64,000 nt of DNA from Octopus vulgaris (Eukaryota), in NCBI GenBank assembly GCA_951406725.2, contig OX597826.1, positions 32,240,001 through 32,304,000 of the forward strand, in the 5' to 3' direction. Made by a program: the position numbers and the translations under genes. Position 1 is the stretch's first letter, and each line of letters starts with the position of its first letter. This document shows positions 12,323-25,344 of the stretch, in pieces. The notes beneath the pieces were generated by a model that was given only the letters and a program-made list of their open reading frames with translations, was not told the DNA's origin and did not search any database.

Positions 12323-13595
12323 GCACACATATGTTCACATAAACACACATATAAGTGTGTGTTTCAGTTGTTTACTTTATGTTTATTTTTCCATGCTAGG
12401 AAGGGTTCAAAAGAGATGTCTTTGAACCAATATTATATGGCTAGATACCCATCCAGTTGTCAAAAAATGCTTGTTTTTCAAATTAGGAACATTCATTACG
12501 TTCTGCTATTCCATTACTCTTTGTAAGTATAGATCTCCAGGATGTATTGATTAATGGGAACACAGTCATGATAACAATGTTTTGTACAAACTTTCACAAA
12601 GGCAACATTAAGGTGTACACACACACACACAACATGATTTAGTGGTTAAAGTATTACACTCATGATCAAACTAGGTGACGCATCATGTTCTTGAGCAAGA
12701 TGTTTCATTTCTCTGAGCCACTGAGCTGGCAAAGATAAGTAATCCTGAAATGGAATGGTGTCCCATCCAAAGTGAGAATATACACAACACAGAATGCAGG
12801 AAACCACTCCTATGAGCCATAGGCTGATATATGTGTGTGTGTGTGTGTGTGTGTGCGCATGTATTAATATCTACTTACATACATACATACACATATACAT
12901 ACAATATGTGTGTGTATATATATATATATACTAACATACATATACACATATACACACAATATATGTGTGTGTGTATGTATACACATAAATATATAAAATA
13001 TATGCATATGGCTATGTGCACACATAACTAGGAAAAGTAATTCAATGTTTTATTTCACGCTGTAATTATTCAAGGAGAGAGAATAATATTTTTTCTTATT
13101 TTTCAGATATCTTAATTTTATTCATTTTTATTTTTTGTTAAAAAAAAATATAATTAATGCCAGACATTTCTGCTCCAATCAATTATTTGGGAGAAATTTC
13201 AGTGAGAAAAAAAATAAAAAAATAAAATATATATTCGATTTTCCTATTAAAAGTTTTGATTTATTTTGGGACGATATACATTAAAAGAATCTTCCGCAGC
13301 ACCACATCAATAAGAATAATGATTTATCAAAGAAAGGACAAAAATGTAATTAGTCAAATATAAAATATATTTTCAAAGAAGAAAATGGAAAAAGTTTCTT
13401 AAAATAAAGGAGAAAATTAAATACAGCAAACTATGATTAAGTTAGGATTGTTTTTAAAATATAAGTTAAATGAAAATGAAGTCAATGTAATTAGTAAGTT
13501 ACAAAGTCTTCGTTAAAAGATACGTCTTTTAAAATTATTGAAAATTTTTTCATACATTAATTATTTGTTCGTTTGTTCATTTTATACTTATGATT

Positions 13596-14013
13596 TTACT
13601 CTTTTACTTGTTTCAGTCATTTGACTGTGGCCGTTCTGGAGCACCGCCTTTAGTCGAGCAAATCGATCCCAGGACTTATTCTTTGTAAGCCTAGTACTTA
13701 TTCTATTGGTTCTCTTTTGCTGAACTGCTAAGTTATGGAGACATAAACGCACCAACATCGGTTGTCAAGCGATGTTGGGGCGGCAAACACAGACACACAA
13801 ACATACACACAGACACACACACACACACACACACAAGCACATATATATATTTATACATACATATATACGACAGGCTTCTTTCAGTTTCCGTCAATCAAAT
13901 CCACTCACAAGACTTTGATCGGCCCGAGGCTATAGTGGAATACACTTGCCCAAGCTGCCACACAGTGGAACTGAACCCAGAACCATGTGGTTTGTAAGCA
14001 AGCTACTTACCAC
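13596..14013 (-). mobile_element. SINE group A, near full-length, well conserved
   Basis: Reverse complement of the 33202-33650 layout, with several CpGs retained. Confidence 0.85.
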
Positions 14014-14019
14014 ACCATT

Positions 14020-14279
14020 TCTTTTTAACTTGTTTCAGTCATTGGACTGCAGTCATGCAGGAGTACCACCTTGAAAAGTTTAGCTGACCAAGTCGACTCC
14101 GGTACTTACTTGGTGCTTATCTGGTACCTATTCTATTAGTCTTTTTGCCAAACTGCTAAGTTATGGGGATGTAAGCTAACCAACCATGTTTGTTAAGTGG
14201 CAGTGGGGTCAAACCCAGCAGAAACACAAAGACACACACATATACATATATTTATACATATATATATATATATATACAT

Positions 14280-14356
<77 letters not shown>

Positions 14357-14685
14357 GGAGAGTTTATGAAAAAAGAAAAAGCGAAGACAGGTGGTGTACA
14401 AAACAAACAGATGTATTAGTATAACACTCAGGAACAGAAAAAGTCTTTTACGTTTCGAGCCTATGCTCTTTTACCGAAAGGGACACAGAAAAAACAAGGA
14501 GAGAAAAAAAACAAGGAAAGAAAAAATATATATATGGAGTTTCTGTCTAGTTACTTCACCCATAAGATATTGGCTAACCTGAGGTAATGTTAGAAAGCAC
14601 TTGCCCAATGTACAGCACAACAGAATTGAACCTAAAACCAACTAGTTGTTAAACAAGCTTCTTATCCACTCACCCATGCCTGCCA
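14020..14685 (-). mobile_element. SINE group A with a foreign segment (~14357-14530) inside its microsatellite
   Basis: Tail at 14020-14240, head at 14540-14685; the intervening segment is absent from other copies. Confidence 0.65.
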
Positions 14686-15595
14686 TAAAGTTATAAGATT
14701 ACAGTCAAGTATAGAGTCAGGTGTTTCTTAGATTGAGATGAGACCATGTGTGTGTGGTTGGGTATATTGGATTCAAACTACATCATTTATTTTCTACATG
14801 CTGTTGTTTTTTTTTTTTTACCTTTTTAGCCTTCTTTGTACAAAGTAACAGGTAAATAAAATATCTGTAACTGTGACAGCCACCTTAATGGAAAATGGAC
14901 ATTAAAGGAACAGCTATTGTAATTATAAAACACCTGCAGTTTTAAATACCCTTATTTCCATCAGGTATATAGAAATAAAAGTCTGGAAGTCTTAACAACA
15001 ATAACAACAACAATACTTGTAAAAGTTAATGTAAATAAATGAATAAATAAGATAATATAGGTGGGTTGCAGTGGGGGTAACTTCCTGACTATAGTTCTTT
15101 GTTTCCTAATGAGAAAAATGTCCTGAAAGACTAGAAGTCATTTCCTTCAGGGTCTGTTGCTAAACAAAAGCCAAACCCAGTGGGTAGCTTCCAGGTAAAA
15201 ACTGAGGGGGCCAGACAGGTACAAATATATTGAAGAGAATTTCTTAACAGGTTAATTTATCAGTTTTCCTGTTGGCAGGTAATGGGCAAGAGTGAGAGGT
15301 GAGTAAGATGAAGGTGCCAGGTAACTACTCTTAAAACACACTATTAACTTCCTAGCTTACAAAGCTCTGACATTAATTGCTGCTAATGCTTTGGCTATTT
15401 AAGTCAAACACTCACTCCCACCCACCCTGGACCTCTCCTCCATATTGTTATGGTACAATATTACAGCCACATAAAGGTGCAAATTATAGAGTATGCTTAT
15501 AGATTGAGGGTGGACGGGTAGGCAGAGTGGAGGTGGTTGAGAAGACTGGGTGGAAAATACTTATGTATCTCTATGATTAGATATGTGTGTTTATG

Positions 15596-15629
<34 letters not shown>

Positions 15630-16645
15630 CGTGCAGGTTTATGTTATGTGTATGTGTTTAAGTTGTGTATTTGTGTACCTGGAAATACACACACGCACAC
15701 ACACATGCACACACACATGACTGCCGTAAAAATCTGACTGACATAAAAATCTTGTGTGTTGTGTGTGTATGAGTGTGTGTGTGTATGAGTGTGTGTGTGT
15801 ATGAGTGTGTGTGTGTGTATGAGTGTGTGTGTGTGTGTATAGATGTGTTTGTGTGTGTATATATATATGTATATATGTATGCATATATATACTCATTGAT
15901 ACATATCTATATCTGTATATGCATACATATACATACACACATATAGGTGTGTATACATAAATGTATGTGTATGCATATATAATATATAAATATGTGTTCA
16001 TATAAACACACACATCATATGAGTGTGTGTGTGTGTGTGTGAGTGGAGTGGGGGATTATGTACTGAAGTGTTAGTAGCAGAGATGAAACAGGAATGCCAA
16101 GCGTGATAAATGTCTGTCTCTTCCTGAGTTTGTTGGTCTCTTACTGTTATTTACTTAAGAATTTCTTAATTATACACGTGCATACATGTCTTATATGAGG
16201 GTGTATATATCTGACCTCAACTGCCAACCAAAAGACTGAAGGAGCAAATATACATGGAAAACCAAATGTTCAGCTTTAGTCATTGGAATAAGAAAAGAAA
16301 AAGGTGGGTGGGCAATTGAATAAAAACTGAAAGAGGTTATGATGATTATTGTGGTGATAATGATGGTGATGATATCAGGAGTCGGATGAAAATAAAATAA
16401 AATGAAATAAAATATATAAGCAAAAATATAGGAGATGTTGGGGTGGGAGTGGTGGAGGAACTAATAATAATAATGAATTTCAGTCACAAAAAATACAGGA
16501 TGTCCCTTAATAGGGAAATACAGAAAAAAAAATTCCTTGAGGATATTGTCTGAAATATTGGTTAATTTGACAGAGGAAGGAACAAATGTATGTGTGTATA
16601 TATATAAAATATATAGATATATATGTATATATATGAGTGTATTTA

Positions 16646-16693
<48 letters not shown>

Positions 16694-16771
16694 ATTATAG
16701 GTGTATATATACATATACATCATAACTTCATCATTATATACCTATAGCCATATGCATATATATATATATGT

Positions 16772-16810
<39 letters not shown>

Positions 16811-16892
16811 CACACACACAGAAATATATGTATACAAATATTTTCTTATTGTCACTGCTTTCAGCCAGTGACTGTGGCCATACTCGGGCAAC

Positions 16893-16935
<43 letters not shown>

Positions 16936-16960
16936 CATACATATATACATACATACATAT

Positions 16961-17015
<55 letters not shown>

Positions 17016-17759
17016 CATATATTCATATATATATATATATACAAGCATACATATATACATATAGTGTTCCTACACACACATTTTCTCTCTCTCTGTCTCT
17101 CTCTCTCTCTCTCTCTGTATATATATATTTGTGAAATTGGTGACACATAATGAGGAACAGCACACCAGTGCACACAAATTGTCGCAAAGAATCAGATACA
17201 TCTGGGTTTAAATAAATAACTATTTACATATTTAAGACTTTAGAGGAAATGATATTGATGTTGTTGTTGTTGTGGTTGTGGCTATATAGTTTGATTTCCT
17301 GTATTCATAAAAGGAAAAGTTTGAGGAAGGGATGAGAAAAAAAAAAGAAGGTAACCGGAAAAGGTTCTGAAAAGGGGGGAAATAAGGAGAGTGGGAGGGG
17401 GAGTGGCGAGTGGGATGAATTCGGATCAAAGTATTAATTATACAACACTCCTTGATCACTTCCCTATTGGTGGGGAAAACGAGGATGATATTAATTTGAT
17501 TTCAGAATAAAGATAATGGTGATGATGACGATGATTATGATGATGATGATGATGATAAAAGGAAGGACACAGCAACTATGATTGAACAATAACAATAGTG
17601 GTGTTAGTTGTAGTTTTTATTATTATTACTATTATTATTATTATTAATATTATTATTATTATTATCATCATTATTATTATTATTATCATTACTATTATTA
17701 TTAGCATCATCTTCATTATTATTATTCTCACAGACATTTTTTTGTGTTTAACAATCTAT

Positions 17760-18172
17760 AAGGCAGAGAGCCTGCTGGGTTGGAATTGTTAAAGCCCAGG
17801 ACAAAATGCCTAGTGGTGTTTCTTTCAGATCATTGTATTCTGCATTTAGAAGCCACCTTTTGTCCCTTTGGCGTTGATAAAATAAAATGTACCTGCCAAG
17901 TCTTGAGGTCAATAATTGACTATTCTCCTGCAGTTGAAACTGCTGGCTTTGTGCCTTAATTAGAAAACTATTATTATCATTATTATCATTACTTTTTTTA
18001 AGGCAGTGAACTGGCAGAATCGTTAGTATGGTGGGTTCTACCAAGGTTGATTTGCCTTTCATACTCTCAGGGTCGATATGATTAGTACCAGTTGTACACT
18101 GGGTCGAGGGTCGATGTAATCAACCTATCCCCCTCCTTGCACTTGCTGGCCTTGTGCAAAAATTTGAAGCCA
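17760..18172 (+). mobile_element. Two tandem SINE group C copies (17760-17965, 18001-18172)
   Basis: aggcagtgaactggcagaatcgttag head; gggtcgatatgattagtaccagttgtacactgggtcg body; flanked by (ATT)n and (AGT)n. Confidence 0.7.
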
Positions 18173-19214
18173 ATATTAGCAGTAGTAATAGTAGTAGTAT
18201 GAGCTGTATTGGTGCTGATGGTAGTGGAGATAGTGATAGTAGTATTAGCAGCAGCAGTAGTAGTAATAGTAGTTGTAGTAGTAGTATTAGTCGTGGTAGT
18301 AGTAGTAGTAGTAGCAGTAGTAGTAGTAGTAGCAGTAGTAGTGTTAGCAGTAGTTGTAGTAATAGTAGTTGCAGTAGTTGCAGTAGTTTTATTATTATTA
18401 TTATTATTGTTGTTGTTGTTGTTGTTGTTGTTATTATTATTATTGTTATTATTATTACTATAACTTTCATTATTATTGTTATTATTATTGCTATTATTAT
18501 TATTAGTAGTAGTAGTAGTAGTAGTAGGAGTAGTAGTAGTATTAGTAGTAAAATGTAGTGTTGGTAGCAGTAGGTATGGAGGAAGCTGTCGGCTGAAATA
18601 TGTTAGCAGTAATTCAGCGATGACAATGGTCTGTCATTAAAATGACATAATAATTGTCTTGCTCGTTGAGTATTTTCTCATTTAACTCTAGCCGAGCAGA
18701 TCCATGATACACAGGAAACTGATCAAAATGCTTGATGATAATCACCACGTCAAACACACTATTTTTTTGACATGTTTCACTCAAGCCTGGAACTATGGTT
18801 ATATAGGTGCAATACAGGGTACACATAATCTTATTAGAGTTTTTTTTCTGTTGGGTTTATAACCACGTTTTTATATATGTAGTGAGGGGTACACACCATT
18901 TGCTGATGTTCAGTTATGCAAGGAAAAACCACAGTCATATCGATGCAGAATGTGTTTCTGTCAAATCTGAAACCATGGGTTTATAGCTGCAGTGTAGGTT
19001 ACACATTGCTTTCTCAGGTTTTAGTCATGTCCACAATAGGGGCTTTATTGATCAACTAATCCTGCTCCTGTTCAAATTTCTAGCCTTCTGCCAATGTAAT
19101 CAATTCAGATCAGTTGTAAATAGCAAAAGTGTTAGATCATTGGACACTACTTCATGGTGTTTATTCTGGTTCAATACTATATTATTGTTGTCATTGTCGT
19201 TGTTGTTGTTGTTA

Positions 19215-19470
19215 AAATGGCAAGCTAGTAGAATCATCCCGTCAGTCAAAATAATTGTCAGTGTTTCTTCCAGCTCTTTATGTTCTGAGTTCAAATCCCA
19301 TTGAAGTCGACTTTGCCTTTCATCCTTTTGGGGCTGATAAAATAAAGTTAGGCACAAGGGTTGGTGTAGTCAATTTACCCCTTCTCCTCAAAATTACTGG
19401 CCATGTGCTACAATTTGAAACCATAATTATCAGTTATCATCATCATCATCATTCTTCTTCTTCTTCTTAC

Positions 19471-19504
<34 letters not shown>

Positions 19505-19538
19505 ATCATCATCATCATCATTCTTCTTCTTCTTCTTC

Positions 19539-19572
<34 letters not shown>

Positions 19573-19823
19573 CATTATCATCATCATCATCATGAAGGTG
19601 GTGAGTTAGTAGAATCAGTAGAATTTTTGGATAAAATGCTTAGTATATTTCTTCGTATTTCTTATGTCATTTAATGTTTTGAGTTCAAATTCCACTGGAG
19701 CCAACTTTACCTTTCATCTTTTCAGAGTCAATGAAACAAAGTATCAGTCATGTACTGAGGAGGGTCAATGTAATTGATTAACTGCTTCCCCACAAAATTA
19801 TTGGCATTGAGCCAAAGCCTAAA

Positions 19824-19825
<2 letters not shown>
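19215..19825 (+). mobile_element. Two SINE group C copies separated by (CAT)n(TCT)n(TAT)n
   Basis: ttctgagttcaaatccc...gactttgcctttcatcctttt at about 19283-19330, repeated at 19676-19725. Confidence 0.7.
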
Positions 19826-19871
<46 letters not shown>

Positions 19872-19877
<6 letters not shown>

Positions 19878-20460
19878 TCTGCCTTTGCGAAGGTATAGCT
19901 TTCAGTCGTGTTTGTTTGTTTGACAGTGGACAAGAAATCTCAAGAACCACTGGATGGATTTGGATGAAACTTTCAGGGATGTTTGGCCTCATGACTGGCA
20001 TGAATTGATTAGATTTTGGGATCGATCTGGTGCCAGACAAGGATTCTGGATTATTTTTTGTTATATTTACATGATTACGAGCTTACATTAACTTTCAAGT
20101 CTTTTTCAGTTATCTCCCTTTAGCTTGTAACTATTTTGAATGGTGAATTTGTTCACTTTGGCTTGTATGAGATAAGGATAAACTATTTATTCCTGTTACT
20201 AAATTTTCTACAGCCACCTTCACATTCTATGATTACTACTGGGATCAATCAGGTACTGAACAAGGATTCTGGATTATTTTTCACTGTTTTCTTTTACTTA
20301 ATTTTTGAGAGCAGTTGGTTCATTTTTAGTATTCTCGTTTATGAGAGAATTCAAGTTTATTTCAGATATTCTCATTTTAAAAATCATCTCTGGCTAATCA
20401 TCGCGAGGACGTTGGTGTTGCCTTGGCGGAGGTTTGCACTCTGTGAGTGCTCTTGTTTTT
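19872..20460 (+). mobile_element. Non-autonomous Helentron/DINE-like (HINE) element
   Basis: Subterminal inverted repeats acctctgcc / ggcggaggt, short (gttt)n near the 5' end, 3' stem-loop gcactc-tgt-gagtgc, T-rich flanks. Internal direct repeat caaggattctggattatttt at about 20038 and 20261. Confidence 0.65.
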
Positions 20461-20479
20461 GATGTTATTATTATTATTA

Positions 20480-20532
<53 letters not shown>

Positions 20533-20856
20533 GTAATTAGCTCTTCATGTTTTGAGCTCAAATCCTGACAAAGTCAACTTAGTTGTCCTTCATCCTCCTG
20601 GAGATCAATAAAATGAACCACTGGTTTGATTCAATTAACTAACGCTCACCCCCATCCTCCCCAAAATTGTGATCTTGTAGTTATGATAGAAATTGGTTTA
20701 TTAATCATAGTAATGATGATAAGGGGGAAGAAAGGTTGAAGATGGTGTTGTTGTTGTTGGTAGTGATGGTGGTGAAAAATATGAAAATAGCATGAAGCGC
20801 AAAACAGAAACTGAAGAAAAAGGCAAAAGAAATGAAATGCAACAAGGACCAATTTC

Positions 20857-20891
<35 letters not shown>

Positions 20892-21068
20892 AGTCTCAGA
20901 TTAGACCAGACCAAGATAGTTTATAACATTGCATTTATCTTTTTAATATTTCTAAGTACAACTTATGACTCAATCTCATTTAGTTCTGCTGTATCATCTC
21001 TATGATTAATAAATTATGAAATCAGTAAATATCAGAGCTGAAAAAAGGAAATCAATTTATTATCATTA

Positions 21069-21116
<48 letters not shown>

Positions 21117-21132
21117 GTACCATCATTTATGA

Positions 21133-21700
21133 TAGTGAGCTGGCAGAATTGTTAGCATGCTTAACAAAATGCTTAGTGGTATATTATCTGAGCTCCGATT
21201 CTGGCAAGGTCAACTTAGCCTTCCCTTCTTTTGGGATGCGACAAAATAGCTTCATTTCTTGGAAGTCTTTATGTTCTTGAGTTCAAATCCCACTAAGATT
21301 AACTTTGCCTTTTTTTCCCTTTTGGGGTTGAAAAAAATAAAGTACCAGTCAAGTACTGGGGTTGGTACAATTGACTATCCCCTCCCTTTAAAATTGCTTG
21401 TTTTTCCAAAATTAGGAACAATCATTATTATTATTAGTGATAATAGCAATAATCCTTCCTACTATAGGTACAAGGCCTGAAATTTGATGGGTGGGGGATA
21501 GTCGATTAGATCGACACCAGTATGCAACTGGTACTTAATTTATTGACCAGAAAGGATGAAAGGCAAAGTCGACCTGGGCAGAATTTGAACTCAGAACATG
21601 AAGACATGAAATACTGCTAAGCATTTCACCCAGCATGCTAACAATTCAACCATCTCGCTGCCTTCTTAACAACAACAATAAGAACGATGACGACGACGAC

Positions 21701-21742
<42 letters not shown>

Positions 21743-21945
21743 TATAATGGTTTCTGATTTTGGCACATGGTCAAAGGGGGTTAAGTGATTATATCAACCC
21801 CAGTGCCTGACTGGTACTTCTGACCCAGGAGGGGTGAAAAGTGAAGTTAACTTTGACAGGATCTGAATTCAGAGCATAAAATATGAAACGAATTCTGCAA
21901 ATTATTTTTACCAACTCGCTAATGATTTCGCAAATCCACCATCTT
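21133..21945. mobile_element. Cluster of SINE group C copies: + at 21133-21420, - at 21455-21665 and 21750-21945
   Basis: Shared ctggcagaattgttagc head and aagtaccagt...ctgggg body in both orientations. Confidence 0.75.
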
Positions 21946-22189
21946 TGCTAATCCACCAATTCTGTAGTTAATGAGGATTAATGAGACAGATTTAAGATAT
22001 AGGGAGTGGATGGAGGGTTGACAATAACAAGGAGAATTAATGCTTTAAAGAAAGTCTAGTAGTAGTAATAGTAGTGATGGTTGTGATGGTGGTGGTGATG
22101 TTGGCAGTGGAGACGGTGGCAGCGGTGACAGTGGTAGTGGTGGTAGTAGTTATAGTAGAAGCTGTAGTTGTTGCTGTTACTGCTGTTGT

Positions 22190-22600
22190 TGCTGTTTAAC
22201 CCCAGGCCATCCCTGGTCAAGGAGAACCACGATCAAAGTCATTCCTTCTACAACCATCTCAGATTACATTATCTAATGTGTTCATCCATTTTAAAGATGA
22301 ATGAAGTGTAATTTAAGGGAGATTTAGCTACTCTTTCTAGCAAACATTCTAGTCCTCACATATGACTACTTCATTGGGTCATTGATCCTGAATTTTTCAT
22401 AAATAGTTGTATTGCAACAGAACTATTATAAAAGGCAATTCTGCTATGACCATCCTGTCATTCTGTGAATATCTGGGATTATATTATTTAATGTGTGTCC
22501 TTGCCATTTTCTAAAGTGGGTACAGTGTGATTTGAGGGAGTTGTGGCTGTTGTTTATAGCACTTCCAATGACTTCTTAGAGGTTCCCCCATTCATTTGTT
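22190..22600. repeat. Two degenerate tandem copies of an unclassified repeat
   Basis: aaagtcattcc...accatc...gattacattatctaatgtg...gtaatttaagggagatttagct recurs as aaaggcaattctg...accatcc...gattatattatttaatgtg...gtgatttgagggagttgtggct. Confidence 0.45.
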
Positions 22601-23149
22601 CCTCAGTAGTTCTGAAATAGTTTATTGTAAGAAAACAATAACAAAAACATAAACAAAATAATCTAAACAAATAAAGCAAACAAAAAAGCATTTAGTCATG
22701 CTTGACTGCAATCACTTATGATTAAACATCTGTATTGTTTAGTCATCAGTCACTAGTGGGTTTGACCTGTTTGTAGGACACTTTCTCTAATTATTTTAGT
22801 TATTTATGTAGACATAAGCAAATATAGATGAGCAAATATACACACCCTCTTGATTCCCCACCCCATCACACACACCCTCCAGCTGGTGGAACTTCAAAGA
22901 TGTGACAGGTAGAAGGAAGTGAGAATTGCAACAGTGATGGGTCGGTACCCAATTTTAAGCAATGTGAACAGTACCTTGCTCAAGACCATAATATGCTGCA
23001 GAGTCAAGCAATGAAACCTACAGTCTTGTGATTATCAGCTCGACACATGATCACTCACCTTTACAAATATCAATGACACCAAGAAATAATATATTGGGGT
23101 TTGAATCAAACACACGCACACAAAAATATACATACATATATATAATATA

Positions 23150-23699
23150 CGAGGGAGAGTCAAAAAGTAATGCCATTTTGTTTAGGACAGGTATAGTTAC
23201 CAACACAGAAACATGTATCATACATCAAAATGAAGCTGGTCCTCTGTGCATCACATCCCTACTTCTCAACATAGTCACCGTTTCTCTCAATACCAATGTT
23301 CCACCTTCGAATGAGAGCATGTATCCCTGCTCTGTAAAATTCTGTTGAGTGTTCTTTGAGCCACTCCTTCACTATAGGTTTTCACTTCCTAGTCACTGGA
23401 ATAATGTTTGCCTCTCAAACCCTCTTTCATGGGGCCGAAGAGATGATAGTCCAGTGACGAGGAAGTAAAAACTGTAGTGAAGAAGTGGCTCAAAGAACAG
23501 TCAACAGAATTTTATGGGGTAGGGATACATGCTCTCATTCGAAGGTGGAACATTGTTATTGATAGAAACAGTGACTATGTTGAGAAGTAGGGATGTGATC
23601 CACAGAGGACCAGTTTCATTTTGATGTATGATACATGTTCCTGTGTTGGTAATAATACCTGTCCTAAGCAAAATGGCATTACTTTTTGACTCTCCCTCG
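23150..23699. mobile_element. Mariner-derived foldback element made of two inverted 3' ends
   Basis: TA|cgagggagagtcaaaaagtaatgcc...ggcattactttttgactctccctcg|TA. The right arm translates DEEVKTVVKKWLKEQSTEFYGVGIHALIRRWNIVIDRNSDYVEK*, a mariner transposase C-terminus. The left arm carries the same on the - strand plus DYHLFGPMKEGLRGKHY. Confidence 0.9.
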
Positions 23700-23741
23700 T
23701 ATATATATAGCCAATTGTAGACAAATAGGAATATACATACA

Positions 23742-23775
<34 letters not shown>

Positions 23776-24264
23776 AATATATATGTATATATAAACATAT
23801 CTATATGTATATATGTGTATGTATGTAAATATGTATATATGTGTATGTATGTATGCATGTTTGTGTGTATGTATGTCTGTATAATCTTCTTCTTTGTCTA
23901 AAATTGACTTTGAGCCTAAGGAGGAAGGAAAAATCAATAAATTTGATAAGGTTGGATGAAATCAATATTTAAGAACATTTAAGAGATCAATAGTTTAATA
24001 GTTTCAAAAGAACATTGTTTTCTACAATAAATATCAAAAGCTGTGCCAGTGTTTTCCCAAACATTGCCCTGTCGAGTAAAACAGACCAAGGCAGCAGTTT
24101 CGTTCTCTTTCTCTTCAGCTTGATTGCACTTCTTCTCAATGCTTGTTATTTCTTTCATCTTCTAACCCTGAGATACAACAAAAAGCAAGGAAAAAAACCC
24201 AGAAAAATAAAAAACGAAAAGGGAAAAGAGAAAAAGAAAAGAAAACACTCTTGGCAAGTCTCTC

Positions 24265-25280
24265 TATCATCATCATCATCGTCGTCGTTGTTGTTGTTGT
24301 TATCATCCTCAACATCATCATCATCATCATAATCATCGCCGTCATCGTCATTGTCATCATCATCATCATCATCATCATCAACATCATTGTCCTTGTCATC
24401 ATCATTGTTGCCGTCATCATTGTCGTTGTCGTCAGCCTCATCATCATCGTCATCGTCGTCATTGTCGTCGTCGTCATTGTCGTCGTCGTCATTGTCGTCG
24501 TCGTCGTCATCATCATCATCATTATCCCCATCATCATCATTCTCATCATCAATCACATCATCATTTTCATTGTCATTTAGACGTCCACTTTCCCATGCTT
24601 GCATGGCTCAGATGAAATTTACTGAGACAAATTTCTTCTACGAGTGGGTGCTCTTACTTTCACCAACTCTCCTCTTTTCCCGATGGTTGAACATGGTTCT
24701 CCATGGATGACTGGAAATGAGCAACAGTGCTTGCATGAGAATAACCGTTCAAGTAGACCCCATCATGTGATGTCAAGAGAACAGGACACACAATAGAAAC
24801 GCTCACACACATACACCTGCACACACACATACACCTATACACAGATGCATGCACACACACCACACACACTGCACAACACTTTGAGCAAATGTCTTTTACT
24901 ATAGCCTTGGGTCAACTAAAGCCTTGTGTGTACATTTGGTAGACTGAACACACACACACACACACATATATATAAGAAGCCCATTGTGTATGTATGTATT
25001 TATATATATATCTATACACATATATATATTATACATATATATATATACACACACACACATACCCATATATATATATATGTCTGTATATATGTGTGTGTAT
25101 GTGTATATATATGTATAGCAGGTTCCTTTCAGTGTCTCTCTACCAAATCGACTTACAAAGCTTTGGCAACCCAGGTCTATATCAGCTGACACTTGCCCGA
25201 TTTACCTCACAGTGGGATTGAGCCTGGAACCATGTGGTTTAGAAGAAACTTTTTACTCTACAGCCAAACCTATGCCTGTA
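24265..25280 (-). mobile_element. SINE group A head + T2 body/RTE-like tail with expanded (CAT/CGT)n
   Basis: Head 25115-25280, body 24575-24800 (gacgtccactttcccatgcttgcatgg), trinucleotide tail 24265-24575. Confidence 0.6.
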
Positions 25281-25298
25281 TATGTATGTAAATATGTA

Positions 25299-25344
<46 letters not shown>

